Shown here: positions 10,906-22,870 of the stretch, piece after piece
Numbering within the stretch: position 1 is the stretch's first letter
Layout: every line of letters begins with the position of its first letter
Assembly (NCBI GenBank): GCA_052327205.1
Contig: CM126205.1
Coordinates: 250,170,001-250,234,000 of the forward strand
Direction: 5' to 3'
Source of the DNA: Somniosus microcephalus
Taxonomy: Eukaryota
DNA length: 64,000 bases
The notes under the pieces: model-generated
Databases searched by the model: none
What the model saw: the letters and a program-made list of their open reading frames with translations, nothing else
What the model was told of the DNA's origin: nothing
Made by a program: the position numbers and the translations under genes

Positions 10906-13837
10906 CCTGAAGGCTTTGTATCTTAATGCTAGAAGCATTAGGAACAAGGTGGATGAATTAGTTGTGGAAATAGAGGTAAACAAGTATGATTTGATTGGGA
11001 TTACAGAAACGTGGCTGCAGGGTGGGCAAGGCTGGGAACTTAACATCCAGGGATATACAATATTTAGGAAGGATCGGCAAAAAGGTAGGGGAGGTGGGGT
11101 AGCATTGCTGGTAAAGGAGGGGATTAATGCAATGGAAAGGAAGGATATTAACTCGGATGAAACGGAATCTGTATGGGTAGAAATGAGAAATAGCAAGGGG
11201 AGGAAAACGTTAGTGGGTGTGATATATAGGCCTCCAAATAGTAATATGGAGGTGAGGGAAGGCATAAAAAGGGAAATTAGAGAAGCGTGCGATAAGAGCA
11301 CAGCTGTCATCATGGGTGACTTTAATTTACATATTGATTGGACTACCCAAATTAGTAAAAATTCTGAGGAGGAGGAATTCCTGGAATGTTTTCGGGACGG
11401 TTATCTGGACCAATATGTCGAGGAGCCGACTCGAGATCAGGCCATTTTAGACTGGGTATTGTGCAATGAGAAGGGACTTATCAGCAATCTTCTTGTACGA
11501 GGCCCCTTGGGTCAGAGCGATCATAATATGATCGAGCTCTCAGTCGAGATGGAGAGTGAGGAAATTGAATCAGAGACTAAGGTCCAGAACTTAAATAAAG
11601 GGAATTACGAGGGTATGAGACGGGAATTGGGTAAGATTGATTGGGTGGTGTTTCTGGGGGGATTGACAGTGGATAGACAATGGCAAGCATTCAAAGATAG
11701 AATGGAAGAATTCCAGAACATGTTTATACCGGTTTGGCATAAAAATAAACCTAAAAAGGTGACTCAACCGTGGATAACGAGGGAAATTAGGGACAGCATA
11801 AAATCAAAAAAAAGGGCATATCAACTGGCAAAAAAAAGCACCAGACCGGAAGATTGGGGGCAGTACAGGATACAGCAAAAGAGGACAAAGGGATTAATCA
11901 GGAAGGGGAAAATAGAATACGAAAGTAAACTTGCAGCAAACATAAAGACAGACTGCAAAAGCTTTTATCGGTATATCAGGAGGAAAAGACTGGTAAAATC
12001 CCAAGTCGGTCCCTTGCAGTCCGATTCGGGAGAATATATAATGGAGAATAAGGAAATGGCAGACCAATTAAACTCATACTTTGGTTCTGTATTCACAAAG
12101 GAGGACACAAATAACCTCCCAGGAATATCGGCAAACATAGGGACTAATGAGAGGGAGGAGCTGACAGAAATTAGTATCTCTAGGGATATGGTGTTGGGTA
12201 AGTTGAGGGGACTGAAGGCCGACAAATCCCCGGGGCCTGATAAACTACATCCTAGGGTACTTAAGGAGGTGGCCCTGGAGATAGCAGATGCTCTAAGGAT
12301 CATCTTCCGGAACTCCATTGACTCGGGAACAGTACCCGTGGATTGGAGGGTAGCTAATGTTACCCCAATATTTAAAAAGGGGGGTAGAGAGAAAGCAGGG
12401 AATTATAGACCAGTAAGCCTTACATCGGTTGTGGGCAAAATGCTAGAGTCCATTATTAAGGATAAAATAGCGGAGCACTTGACAAATGGGGAAAGGATCG
12501 GACAGAGTCAACATGGATTTACAAAGGGTAAATCGTGTTTGACTAATCTGCTGGAATTTTTTGAGGAAGTAACTGGTAAAATAGATGGGGGAGAGCCAGT
12601 GGATGTGGTGTACCTTGACTTCCAGAAAGCCTTCGATAAGGTTCCACACAAAAGATTATCATGCAAAATTAAGGCTCATGGGATTGGGGGCAAAGTATTA
12701 ACGTGGATAGAGAACTGGCTGGCGGATAGAAAACAGAGAGTTGGAATAAACGGCTCGTTTTCGGAGTGGCAGGCAGTGACCAGCGGGGTGCCGCAAGGAT
12801 CTGTCCTGGGACCCCAGCTGTTCACAATATATATAAATGATCTGGATCAGGGAATTGGATGCAATATTTCCAAATTCGCTGACGACACTAAACTAGGAGG
12901 AGGGGTGGGCTCTGATGAGGATGTCAGGAGGCTACAGTGCGATTTGGACAGGTTGGGGGAATGGGCGGATACGTGGCAGATGCACTATAATGTGGATAAA
13001 TGCGAGGTTATCCACTTTGGGGGTAAAAACAGGAGGGTAGATTATTATCTAAATGGCAATAGATTGGGAGATGGGGAAGTGCAGAGGGACCTGGGTGTTC
13101 TTGTGCACCAGTCACTGAAGGAGAGCATGCAGGTGCAACAGGCGATTAAGAAGGCAAATGGTATGTTGGCCTTCATATCAAGGGGGTTCGAGTATAGGAA
13201 TAGGGATACCTTACTACAGCTGTACAAGGTGCTGGTGAGACCGCATCTGGAGTATTGTGTACAGTTTTGGTCGCCCCATCTGCGGAAGGATGTTCTTGCC
13301 ATGGAAAGAGTGCAACGGCGATTCACCAGGCTGATACCTGGAATGGCGGGAATGACCTACGAAGAGAGATTAAATAGTTTGGGCTTGTACTCACTGGAGT
13401 TTAGAAGATTGAGAGGGGATCTCATCGAAACATATAAAATTATGGCAGGCCTGGACAGGCTGAATTCAGAGAGAATGTTTCCAATGGCCGGGGAGCACAG
13501 AACCAGGGGCCACAGTCTAAAAATAGCGGGCAAATCATTTAAAACAGAGATGAGGAAGAATTTCTTCACTCAAAGAGTGGTGAGCCTGTGGAATTCCCTG
13601 CCACAGAGGGCTGTGAAGGCTAATTCAATAAATATTTTCAAGAGAGAATTGGATATATTTCTGAAGGCTAAGGGGATTAAGGGTTACGGAGAAAAGGCGG
13701 GGACGGGGTACTGAACTGGTAAGATCAGCTATGATCTCAGACGAAGATCAGCCATGATCTCATTGAATGGCGGAGCAGGCTCGAAGGGCCGAATGGCCTA
13801 CTCCTGTTCCTATCTCTATGTTTCTATGTTTCTATGT
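10906..13837 (+). mobile_element. Young CR1 LINE, 5'-truncated at the start of ORF2
   Basis: 7-bp direct repeat aatccag at 10899-10905 and 13838-13844, a (tttctatg)n tail, and a 19-bp tandem duplication in the 3' UTR (13721-13739 / 13744-13762). Confidence 0.95.
10916..13714 (+). CDS. CR1 ORF2: APE endonuclease + reverse transcriptase (uninterrupted, 932 codons)
   Basis: Endonuclease motifs YLNARS, ITETW, IYRPP, GDFN and SDH; RT motifs YLDFQKAFDKV, QGSVLGP and FADD. Confidence 0.95.
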   Translation: MYLNARSIRNKVDELVVEIEVNKYDLIGITETWLQGGQGWELNIQGYTIFRKDRQKGRGGGVALLVKEGINAMERKDINSDETESVWVEMRNSKGRKTLVGVIYRPPNSNMEVREGIKREIREACDKSTAVIMGDFNLHIDWTTQISKNSEEEEFLECFRDGYLDQYVEEPTRDQAILDWVLCNEKGLISNLLVRGPLGQSDHNMIELSVEMESEEIESETKVQNLNKGNYEGMRRELGKIDWVVFLGGLTVDRQWQAFKDRMEEFQNMFIPVWHKNKPKKVTQPWITREIRDSIKSKKRAYQLAKKSTRPEDWGQYRIQQKRTKGLIRKGKIEYESKLAANIKTDCKSFYRYIRRKRLVKSQVGPLQSDSGEYIMENKEMADQLNSYFGSVFTKEDTNNLPGISANIGTNEREELTEISISRDMVLGKLRGLKADKSPGPDKLHPRVLKEVALEIADALRIIFRNSIDSGTVPVDWRVANVTPIFKKGGREKAGNYRPVSLTSVVGKMLESIIKDKIAEHLTNGERIGQSQHGFTKGKSCLTNLLEFFEEVTGKIDGGEPVDVVYLDFQKAFDKVPHKRLSCKIKAHGIGGKVLTWIENWLADRKQRVGINGSFSEWQAVTSGVPQGSVLGPQLFTIYINDLDQGIGCNISKFADDTKLGGGVGSDEDVRRLQCDLDRLGEWADTWQMHYNVDKCEVIHFGGKNRRVDYYLNGNRLGDGEVQRDLGVLVHQSLKESMQVQQAIKKANGMLAFISRGFEYRNRDTLLQLYKVLVRPHLEYCVQFWSPHLRKDVLAMERVQRRFTRLIPGMAGMTYEERLNSLGLYSLEFRRLRGDLIETYKIMAGLDRLNSERMFPMAGEHRTRGHSLKIAGKSFKTEMRKNFFTQRVVSLWNSLPQRAVKANSINIFKRELDIFLKAKGIKGYGEKAGTGY

Positions 13838-14539
13838 AATCCAGTGCCACGTCAGACAGAAATTTCAAAAGGCTTTGTTTCAGGTCTGCCCTAGTATACA
13901 TCATTCCAGACAGCGATGAGGCCGTAATAATTCGAACTACCAGCATGTTGAAAAAGAACCAGAAGCATTCTTCAAGAAACTGGCTGCCACTTCAAAGGAA
14001 CTGAGGGGTATATCTGGGCAGCAATTTAACTATTTATTTTCCATGTCACATTGGTAGGAGAGAACTCTGGGGATGTTCCATGCAATAATCATTGAAAGAC
14101 TCAGTTAAAGGATTATAAAAATTCAAACGTTTTTTCTTTAGTTTAAAGTAGTGGTGCAAGTATAAATATTGCTGCTCCTTTGCTGGTTTATTTTCCTGTA
14201 TATTTCTTTCAATAAATCTTTTTTTAAGCCTGAGCTATATGGTCAGGCAAGTCAACACAAGTGCATAAACAAGTTTCTGTACCTAATATTGTGCTTGCAA
14301 GTTACAGTTACTTGTTTCCATCTATACTTTGAAATTAGATTTACTTTGCTCCTCTCTATAGTCTTCCTACCCAAATGTTTATTACAGTGCTTTGGTTTTT
14401 GAAGGTCAACGGTATAGACCTAAAAACTTGAAAACATTTGGGGTTGAGAATTGACAAGTGAAGGATACATCAACTTTAGTGCATTTACATTCAGTTTACC
14501 ATTGACAGCACCACCAAAGTATGGTGTTTGGGCTGTTGG

Positions 14540-15180
14540 AGGCAGCACATACCATCAAAATGGATGGTTTCGACGTGCGTCTCCAACAGCAGCAAACATA
14601 CAAAGCAGAATCCGGTTGGAGGCGCCTTTTTTGGCTGTTCACGGGCTGAACGACAGGAACGCTCGCAGCTACATACCGAAGGACAGACCTGCCAAGCACT
14701 CTCTCATTGCCGGCCTGTAAGGACTTTCCCTACCAAATACCTCACTTGCTGATGTTGTGTAAACGTCGTCAACTGTAAACATTGCTCGCCCTGACCGGCA
14801 GTTCAGCCAACCTCGGGATTATGTAAAACAGAAAAAATTTACTTGGTATCAAAACGTAGATTTGTGTGTCAATAATTACCGGCAGCCTCACAGCTCACCG
14901 CGCAAGGTCACCGCCAGTTACACAGGATCCCGCCGCCCAGCAACGCCACATTTAAAGCAGTTTTATCGCAACCCAAAAACACAGCCAAATAACTGTCTGT
15001 CAACTACCGACTCGCACTATTATCTTTTTAAAGCGTGTTGGCATTTGATTTCTGTCAATAACTCTTGAAGAGTTTTGAGCAACTGACCACCTTAGACACC
15101 ACCGATTTTCTCCGGGGATTCTACCGCAGAGAGATACGCACACGTTTATGGCCGGCGTATGACAATTAACGCAGACTAGG
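14540..15180. promoter_or_regulatory. CpG-island-like promoter, probably driving a minus-strand gene
   Basis: Unique sequence with retained CpGs against a CpG-depleted background, a GC box ccgccc, and a minus-strand donor CGCG|gtgagc at 14899/14898. Confidence 0.55.
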
Positions 15181-15284
15181 TTACTAGATAGTTAAACACT
15201 GAGTGCAGTGCCCAGTAACTTTTCTCTGGGTAGGTTATAGATTCGAAACTATGAAAACTACCCGAGCATATCGCAGGGGGGTTA

Positions 15285-16200
15285 ATGTATTTTAGGTTAT
15301 TTGGGCATATCATATGCCAAGTCTGTGAGCTTTGAAAAGTTACAGAGGAGGTGTACCAAGGTGATATGAGGGACTTCAGTTATGAGGAGAGGTTGGAAAA
15401 GTTAGGACTGTTCTGTTTGGAACAGAGAAGGTTAAGAGGTACCGAGTAGAAGTTTTCAAGTTGATGAGAGGTTTTGATAGAGTAGATAAAGGTTGTTCCC
15501 TCTGGTGACTGTGTCAATAACCAGAGGTCATAGATTTAAAATAATTGGCAAAGTATCTAGAGGGAAGATGAGAATTTTTTTCACTCAGAGTTGTCGGGAT
15601 CTGGGATGCTCCACCTGAAAAGGTGGTGGCAGCTGATTCCATAAATAATTTTAAAAGGCAGTTGAACAGGTACTTGAGGATGAGAAACGTATAGGGTTAG
15701 GGACAGAAAGCAGGGGTGTGGGACAAAGCAGGCCGCTCTGTCAAAGAACTAGTACAGGCACGACGGGCTGAATGGCCACCTTCTGTGCTGTAAGTCTCTA
15801 TGATTGATTCTATGAAGTCTCACTGATTTTTGATCTGTTGAGAAAAAATATGAAGGGGTTTGATAGGGTATATGTAGAGAAAATGTTTTCGCTTGTGGGG
15901 GAGTCCAAAACTAGGGATCATAAATATAAGATAGTCACAAATAAATCCAATAGGGAATTCAGGAGAAGCTTCTTCACCGAAATAGTGGTAAGAATGTGGA
16001 ACACGCTTTCTACAAGGTGTAGTTGTAGCAAATAGATGCATTTAAGGGAAAGCTAGATAAGCACATGAAGGAGAAAGGAATAGAGGATATGCTGATAGGA
16101 TTAAATGAAGTAGGGTGGGAGGAGGCTCCTGTGGAGAATAAATGCCAGCATAGATCAGATGGGCCGAATAGCCTTTTCCTGTGGTGTACACTCGATGTAG
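15285..16200 (+). mobile_element. Two tandem decayed CR1 3' fragments
   Basis: YEERL, KGFDRV and FFT..VVRMWN motifs, with 3' UTRs ending gggctgaatggcc and gggccgaatagcc. Confidence 0.8.
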
Positions 16201-16257
16201 CAGTGGGTTGAAATCACGCTACTCAATATTAGTAATAAACGCATGCTTGTTATTTTA

Positions 16258-17011
16258 GGGCCAGAAATTCGGGTCGGAGGCTTCCCGCAGGCGCAAGCCC
16301 CCGACCTGCACTTACATAGCGCACCTGCTGTTGTGCTGTGGGGCCACGTGAGATTCCGATCCTGGGCCTCCTCCAGCTGCCGGTGTGCAGTGCTTGCGTA
16401 TCCCAGTGGCGCAGTTCATTCGCAGCGTCTCCTGGGATCACGTGGGCCATGGGGAGCCAATCGGAGCAGGGAATCTCTATTCATAGATTTGACAGGAAGA
16501 CCTGTCAAATCTATGAATAGAGATCAGCCCCAAAACCTAAGTAAAACTTCAAACAAATTTTAAAAAACACATCACATTTTTAAAATAACTATAAATTACA
16601 TAAATGAACTATTTTAAACAAAAATTTAAATTTTTGAAAAAATTAATTAAAGTTTTTAACGGGGCTAAAAATAAACTTACGTTTCTTTAAAGTATTTTTA
16701 AATGATAAACCTGTGGAAAAAATGTTTTAATTTTACTTAATTAACCTCTTACCTTGTTAAAAGCAGGCCTTGTGACTGCTTTTTTCATGCGCAGCTGCTG
16801 GGGACTTACCCGCACGGAGAAACCTGTAAAAAAATCGGAAGTTCCAGGCGTACGCGCTGCCTCTCTGGCGCACGCGTTTGACCTGTGAATCCCTTCCTTC
16901 AATGGAACAGAAGTTCCGGTTTCCAGCGCATGCATGAAACCGGCACTTTCGTTGGCCCTACGTGTGAGTACACAGCGCGTACTCACCCGTGGGGACCCGA
17001 ATTTCTGGCCC
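16258..17011. mobile_element. Harbinger-type MITE, family copy 1
   Basis: Perfect 18-bp TIRs GGGCCAGAAATTCGGGTC (16258-16275 / 16994-17011). A second copy lies inverted at 31863-32482. Confidence 0.9.
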
Positions 17012-17069
17012 ATTTTAATTTGCTTCATTAAGCTAGAAAACAGAAGATTTTCACCTGAATGTATGTACT

Positions 17070-17494
17070 GAAGGTTGTGGGTCAAGTCCCACTCCAAAGA
17101 CTTGAGCACAAAAACTAGGCTGACACTCCAGTACAGTACTGAGGGAGTACTGCATGGTCGGAGATGCCGTCTTTCAGATGATACGCTAAACCAAGGCCCC
17201 ATTTGCCCTCTCATGTGGACATGAAAGATCCTATGCCACTATTTCAAAGAAGAGCAGGGGAGTTCTCCCCGGAGTCCTGACCAATATTTATCCCTTAACC
17301 AACAGCACTAAAAAAAATGATCTGATCATTATCACATTGCTATTTGTGGGACCTTGCTGTGCGTAAATTGTCTGCCACATTTCCTACAATACAATAGTGA
17401 CTATACTTCAAAAGTATTTCATTGGCTGTAAAGCACTTAGGGATGTTCTGAGGTCATGAAAGGCGCTATATAAATGCAAGTTATTTATTTCTTT
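17070..17494 (+). mobile_element. Deu-domain SINE (SacSINE1-like), head slightly truncated
   Basis: Co-linear with the copy at 5030-6942, with tail aaggcgctatataaatgcaagt. Confidence 0.85.
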
Positions 17495-19224
17495 AACCTC
17501 TTGACTTTGGTTCCCTCTAAGGTTTGAGTATATTGATTAAATATACTGCTGTTGCGTGCCATAATTACCCAAAACATTTCAGATAAAGTGTTTGACATTC
17601 ACACGTTTTGATATGAAACTTTCAGTAGTGTTTGTGAATACAAGTCACTAATACAATATAATGATTTAAATTTTGTTTAAAGATTTCAAAAAAGTTGCTT
17701 TTCTTATGATTATATGTAGTTGACCTCTTCCCTATAAAAATAAATTCTTGTGTTGTAGACAAAATACTTTACCACCAATGCATTCTCACAAGGGACAGTA
17801 TAACTTTACAACTCTTAATAATTCTAAGTGAGGTGACACTCTGATGTTTGCTAAAGGGATATATCTTGCTGAACTTGACAAGACAAAGCCTGAGCTCGGT
17901 ATAACTCAAAACCAAATTAATTCCAGGCCAAATTGCGGGCAAGCTTTGAAGTTTTCAATAAACCAAGAGCTATAATATAAAATATTTCATTTGAAACATA
18001 TGATAATGTAATGGGATAAACGTTAAATTAGGTAAACTGGAACAGTATGGGTTTAAGTCAGTTAGGTTGCTGTCTTTTGTCTCTGTGACCACAGGTTTGA
18101 TTCCTAGAATAAATAGAAACATCAACTTGAGCATGAAGAGCTTCTTCACCTGCAGTTATCTTGTTATGTGATCTCAGCCAAGGAAACACAGTCTCTCGCC
18201 ATAGACAAGAATGAGGGGACATGTGCCTTACCAAGCTAGACATCAGGCAATTCCTTCTTCTATGTGATCAATTCATATGAAAGTGTTCTTAAAATGTTTT
18301 GCATCTATTATGCTGGTCTTAATGAGGTTCAGAATGGTAACTGTCCAAAAAAATCTAACTTTAACAAGAGAGAATAGCAACAACTCTACAATAAAATGCC
18401 ACTAAAGGCAAAAGTAATCCAAAACATGAAAGAGAAACTTCATCTTATCAAAAATATTAAATTTCAATTGATTACTCAAACAAAATGTTTTGATTCATAG
18501 GCTGTCACACTGTGGAGAAATCCATCTTGTAACACTGAATTTGTTACCCCTAGGGATATGTTAATGTCTCTCTTTGATGCAACATATTCTGGGAAGGATA
18601 TCATCACTACAGCTGGTTTCTGTAATATCAGTGCATTACAGAACGTTCCACAGAATATTGGCGCACAAAAAAAAGTTTGTTTATCTGCCAAATTTTCTGG
18701 GCAGTTTTACAGCAAAACTACATAGCACAAGCTGGTGACAATTATATCAGCCTACCCAGAATACACCACAATAGAGAGCCAAGCTAACGTGGTAGTTAAA
18801 AATAAAATCTTACCAACTGAATATATTCACAATCCAACTGGTACTGGATTTTCCCACTCAGATAGATGTCTGATGTTTGGCATCCATGGAATTCCATTTG
18901 GAGTTGTCACTGATGCTGCTGTCACTGATGGATTTAATCAAGCAGCTCCCTCCAGAGAGTCAAACCCCAAAACAGTGGTTCTCACACATAGAGGGAAAGG
19001 TCCTCTGAGAATAGTAATGTCTACTATGAGGCAGAAGGATTCAGTAGTCAGTAACAAATTAACCTTATCTATCTAGTGAATATTGAAAGTACTCTCCATA
19101 CATGTTCTTTCTTTAAGAATAAAGTACTTGGACTTCTTGAATGGTTCAGTGAGTTTATCCAGTAAATAGCTAAACTATAAACACAACAAACTCTGCCTTT
19201 AGAAAATTTATATTTTGTCATGAC

Positions 19225-20940
19225 TTTTTTAAATTCATTCACAGGATGTCGGCATTACTGGCAAGGCCAACATTTATTGTCCATCCCTAATTGCCCTTGA
19301 GAAGGTGGTGGTGAGGTGCCTTTCTTAACAGCTGCAGTCCATATGGGAAGTACTCCCACAGTGCTGTTAAGTAGGGAATTCCAGGATTTTGACCCACGAC
19401 GATGAAAGAACGGCAATATATTTCCAAGTCAGGATAGTGTGTAACTTGGAGGGGAACTTAGAGGTGATGGTGTTCCCATGAGCCTGCTGCCCTTGTCCTT
19501 CTAGGTGGTAGAGATTGCGGGTTTTGGAGGTGCTGCCAAAGAAGCCTTGGTGAGTTGCTGCAGTGCATCTTGCAGCCACATTGTGTCAGTGGTGGAGGGA
19601 GTGAATGTTTAAGGTAGTGGATGGGGTTTCGAACAAGTGGGCTGCTTTGTCCTAGATGGTGTCAAATCTCTTGAATGTTGTTGGAACTGCACTCATCCAG
19701 GCAAGTGGAGAGTATTCCATCACACTCCTGACTTGTGCCTTGTAGGTGGTGAAAAGGCTCTGTGGAGTCAGGAGGTGAGTCACTCGCCATAAAATACCTT
19801 ACCTCTGACCTGCTCTTGTAGCCACAGTGTTTATATGGCTGGTCCAATTAAGGTTTTGGTCTATGGCAACCCCCCAGGATGTTGATGGTGGAGGATTCAA
19901 AGATGGTAATGTCATTGAATGTCAAGGGGAGTTGGTTAGACTCTTGTTGGAGATGGTTATTGCCTGGCATGAATGATACTTGCCACATATCAGCCCAAGC
20001 CTGGATGTTGTCCAGGTCTTGCTGCATGCAGGCATGGACTGCTTCATTATCTGAGGAATTACGAATGGAACTGAACGCTGCGCAATCATCAGCAAACATC
20101 CCCACTTCTGACTTTATGTTGGAGGGAAGGTCATTGATGAAGCAGCTGAAGATGGTTGGGTTTAGGGCACTGCTCTGAGGAACTCCTGTAGCAATGTCTT
20201 GGGGCTGAGATGATTGGCCTTCAACAACCACAATCATCTTCCTTTGTGCTAGGTATGACTCCAGCCAGTGGAGAGTTTTCCCCCTGATTCACATTGACTT
20301 CAATTTTACTAGGGCTCCTCGATTCCACACTTGGTCAAATGCTGCCTTGATGTCAAGGGCAGTCATTCTCTGGAATTCAGCTCTTTTGTCCATGTCTGGA
20401 CTAAGGCTGTAATGAGATCTGGAGCTGAGTGGTCCTAACTGAGCATGGGTGAGCAGATTATTGGTGAGTAAGTGCCGCTTGATAGCACTGTCGAAGACAC
20501 CTTCCATCACTTTGCTAATGATTGAGAGTAAACTGATGTGGTGGTAATTAGTCGGATTGGATTTGTCCTTTTTCCTGGGCAATTTTCCACATTGTAGGAT
20601 AGATACCAATGTCATAGCTGTACTGGAACAGCTTGACTAGTTCTGGAGCACAAGTCTTCAGCACGACAGCCAGGACGTTTTAGGGGTCCATAGGCTTTGC
20701 TGTATCCAGTGCGCTCCGCCATTTCTTGATATCAGATGGAGTGAATTGAATTGACTGGCTTCTGCAATGGTGGGGTCCTCAGGAGGAGGCCGAGATGGAT
20801 CACCCACTCAGCACTTCTGGCTGAAGGTAGTTGCAAACGCTTCAGCCTTGTCTTTTGCACTCACGTGCTGGGCTCCACCATCATTGAGGATGAGGATGAG
20901 GATGTTCATGGAGCCTCCTCCTCCTGTTAGTTGTTTAATT
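19225..20940 (-). mobile_element. CR1-group LINE (FADDC subtype), RT to 3' end, decayed; same family as 40681-43468
   Basis: Motifs ALDIKAAFD, GVPQ..PTIFSCFINDL and FADDC, with 3' end ..gggatggacaataaatgttggccttgccag..cctgtgaatgaa. Confidence 0.9.
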
Positions 20941-21422
20941 TGTAACATAGTACTCATTCTACTGGATGCTGTGTGTATAACAATTAAAGAAAACAACTTA
21001 TTTGTACAGATTATGGAAGCAAGTCTTTATTATGGGAAGTTTCATTGTAGGCCTGTTACTTGGGTCAAGTGCCATTAGTGTTCCTAACAATCTTATAATT
21101 GGTCCCAACCTGACAGTAAAATATTGTACAATCCTTTTGTTACTCTATCACCTGTCTTCTGAGTATTTTACTGATTATGGCCTCTCTTCAGGATCAAAGG
21201 AAGGAAAAACACATTAACCGATATGTGTGGTGTGACTGCAGCTATTTAGATTGGCTGTATATTCCAAGTGACAATTTTTTTCTACGGTGTTCCTAACTGA
21301 TGATAATGGAGCAAAACTCTGCTAGAGAGGGGGCACTGAAAATGGTGATGTTCCACATTTAAAAAATTGCAACAAAAACAGCAATGCCTGTGAGGTAGAA
21401 AATCTCAGAACTATTCAACATT

Positions 21423-22160
21423 GGCCCGGAATTTGCAATCAGCGGCGAAGTGACGGCGATCGCTGCTGACCTCAAAGAAAGCTGCCCACAAAGATCTTGC
21501 GATCTCTGTGGCAAAAACTTTAGCTTTCTCAACCCTAATTTGATTGTAGCGCTGCCAAATGGGGATCTCCAGCATACAGCAGCAGTGATGTCATCAAGCT
21601 GTCTAAGCAGCCAATCACAATGAAGAATTTTCAGATAGCAAGCCAGGAAATAAAAAACAGCTATTATCATTCACTTTTTAAAAAATTTACAGAGAGCAAA
21701 ATAAAGAATGGGTAGAAACTGAAATATCATAAACAATCTTTAAAAATGTTTTTTTTAATCTTATTTTTTTTAAGGAATTTTTATCATAATGGAGAAATTT
21801 GACGTTCCGCAAATATAAAATTAGTTTTTCAAGGCCAGAACGGTTGTTCAGCAGTCACTATGCCGTTAAAACCCCAGTTATACCTCTTTCAACAATGCTT
21901 AACTTTTTATGGGGTGTTTAACAGCGATATTAGAGTGGAAAAGGGGACATTTTCGGCAGTTCAAGTGATTTCACTGATTGCCGGTTCTGGAGAGTTCCAC
22001 AGCGCAGCCTGTGGCGGAGAAGGGAATGACTGACCTCAACTTCAGGATTTCCACGGTTATCTGCGCATGTGCTAAATCCTCAAGTTACGGTCAGTTTCAG
22101 AGAGGTAATGACAGCAAACGTTGGCAGTTTTGCCGTCATTACCACCCCAAAATCTGGGCC
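21423..22160. mobile_element. Harbinger-type MITE
   Basis: Imperfect TIRs ggcccggaatttg / caaaatctgggcc around an AT-rich core like the other MITEs; flanks att and aat. Confidence 0.7.
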
Positions 22161-22870
22161 AATATCTGTCTTTCCTATTCCTTTTTATGTGGGCTGTAAA
22201 AAGTTCATAGAGAAATATAAAGCATGAAGACTATGGTTAATCTCTAGAGACTACGCAACTAAATTTATAGGGAGTGAAATTTAACAGTGGATTAAACAGG
22301 AGTTAAATTTTTGCCCTTTATTTGTATATATGCACTAATTACTCTGTGCTGCTTCTGGAAGCTTGGGTGCTTTAGGGTGTTTTAAGACAAACAACTGCAT
22401 GGCCAATCTAAATGCACCTACAAGAATGCTGTTAAACTAGCTATTCAGGCACACAGGCCTAGAAATTCGATCGGAGGAGGGACATATTTTACACGTACCT
22501 GTTAACATGGTCATAGAGACCACATTAAATTGGTGTTGGCAGCTCATTGTCAGGAGCCAGTCACGCAGCTCGCACTACTCATTGGAAGGGACATCACGCA
22601 TAGCATGGAGAATGTTTTCTCCAACATGGAGTGGTCAGCTCCATGAACAACAGTGGTGCCCACAATGATGGGCCATCTGCTGACAGATCTGACAACTTTC
22701 ATGGCATCTCACCCTGTTTATTCACACCTTATCCTCTTTATCTCTTCTTACTTCTATCGTTCCCCACACACTCTGCATGTCAAACAACAGCTGTTTTTTC
22801 ATCAGCAATTTCTCTCTCTGATCTCACTTCATACTAAAAGCTAACCCTTTTCCCTCTCTTTCATTTCAGA

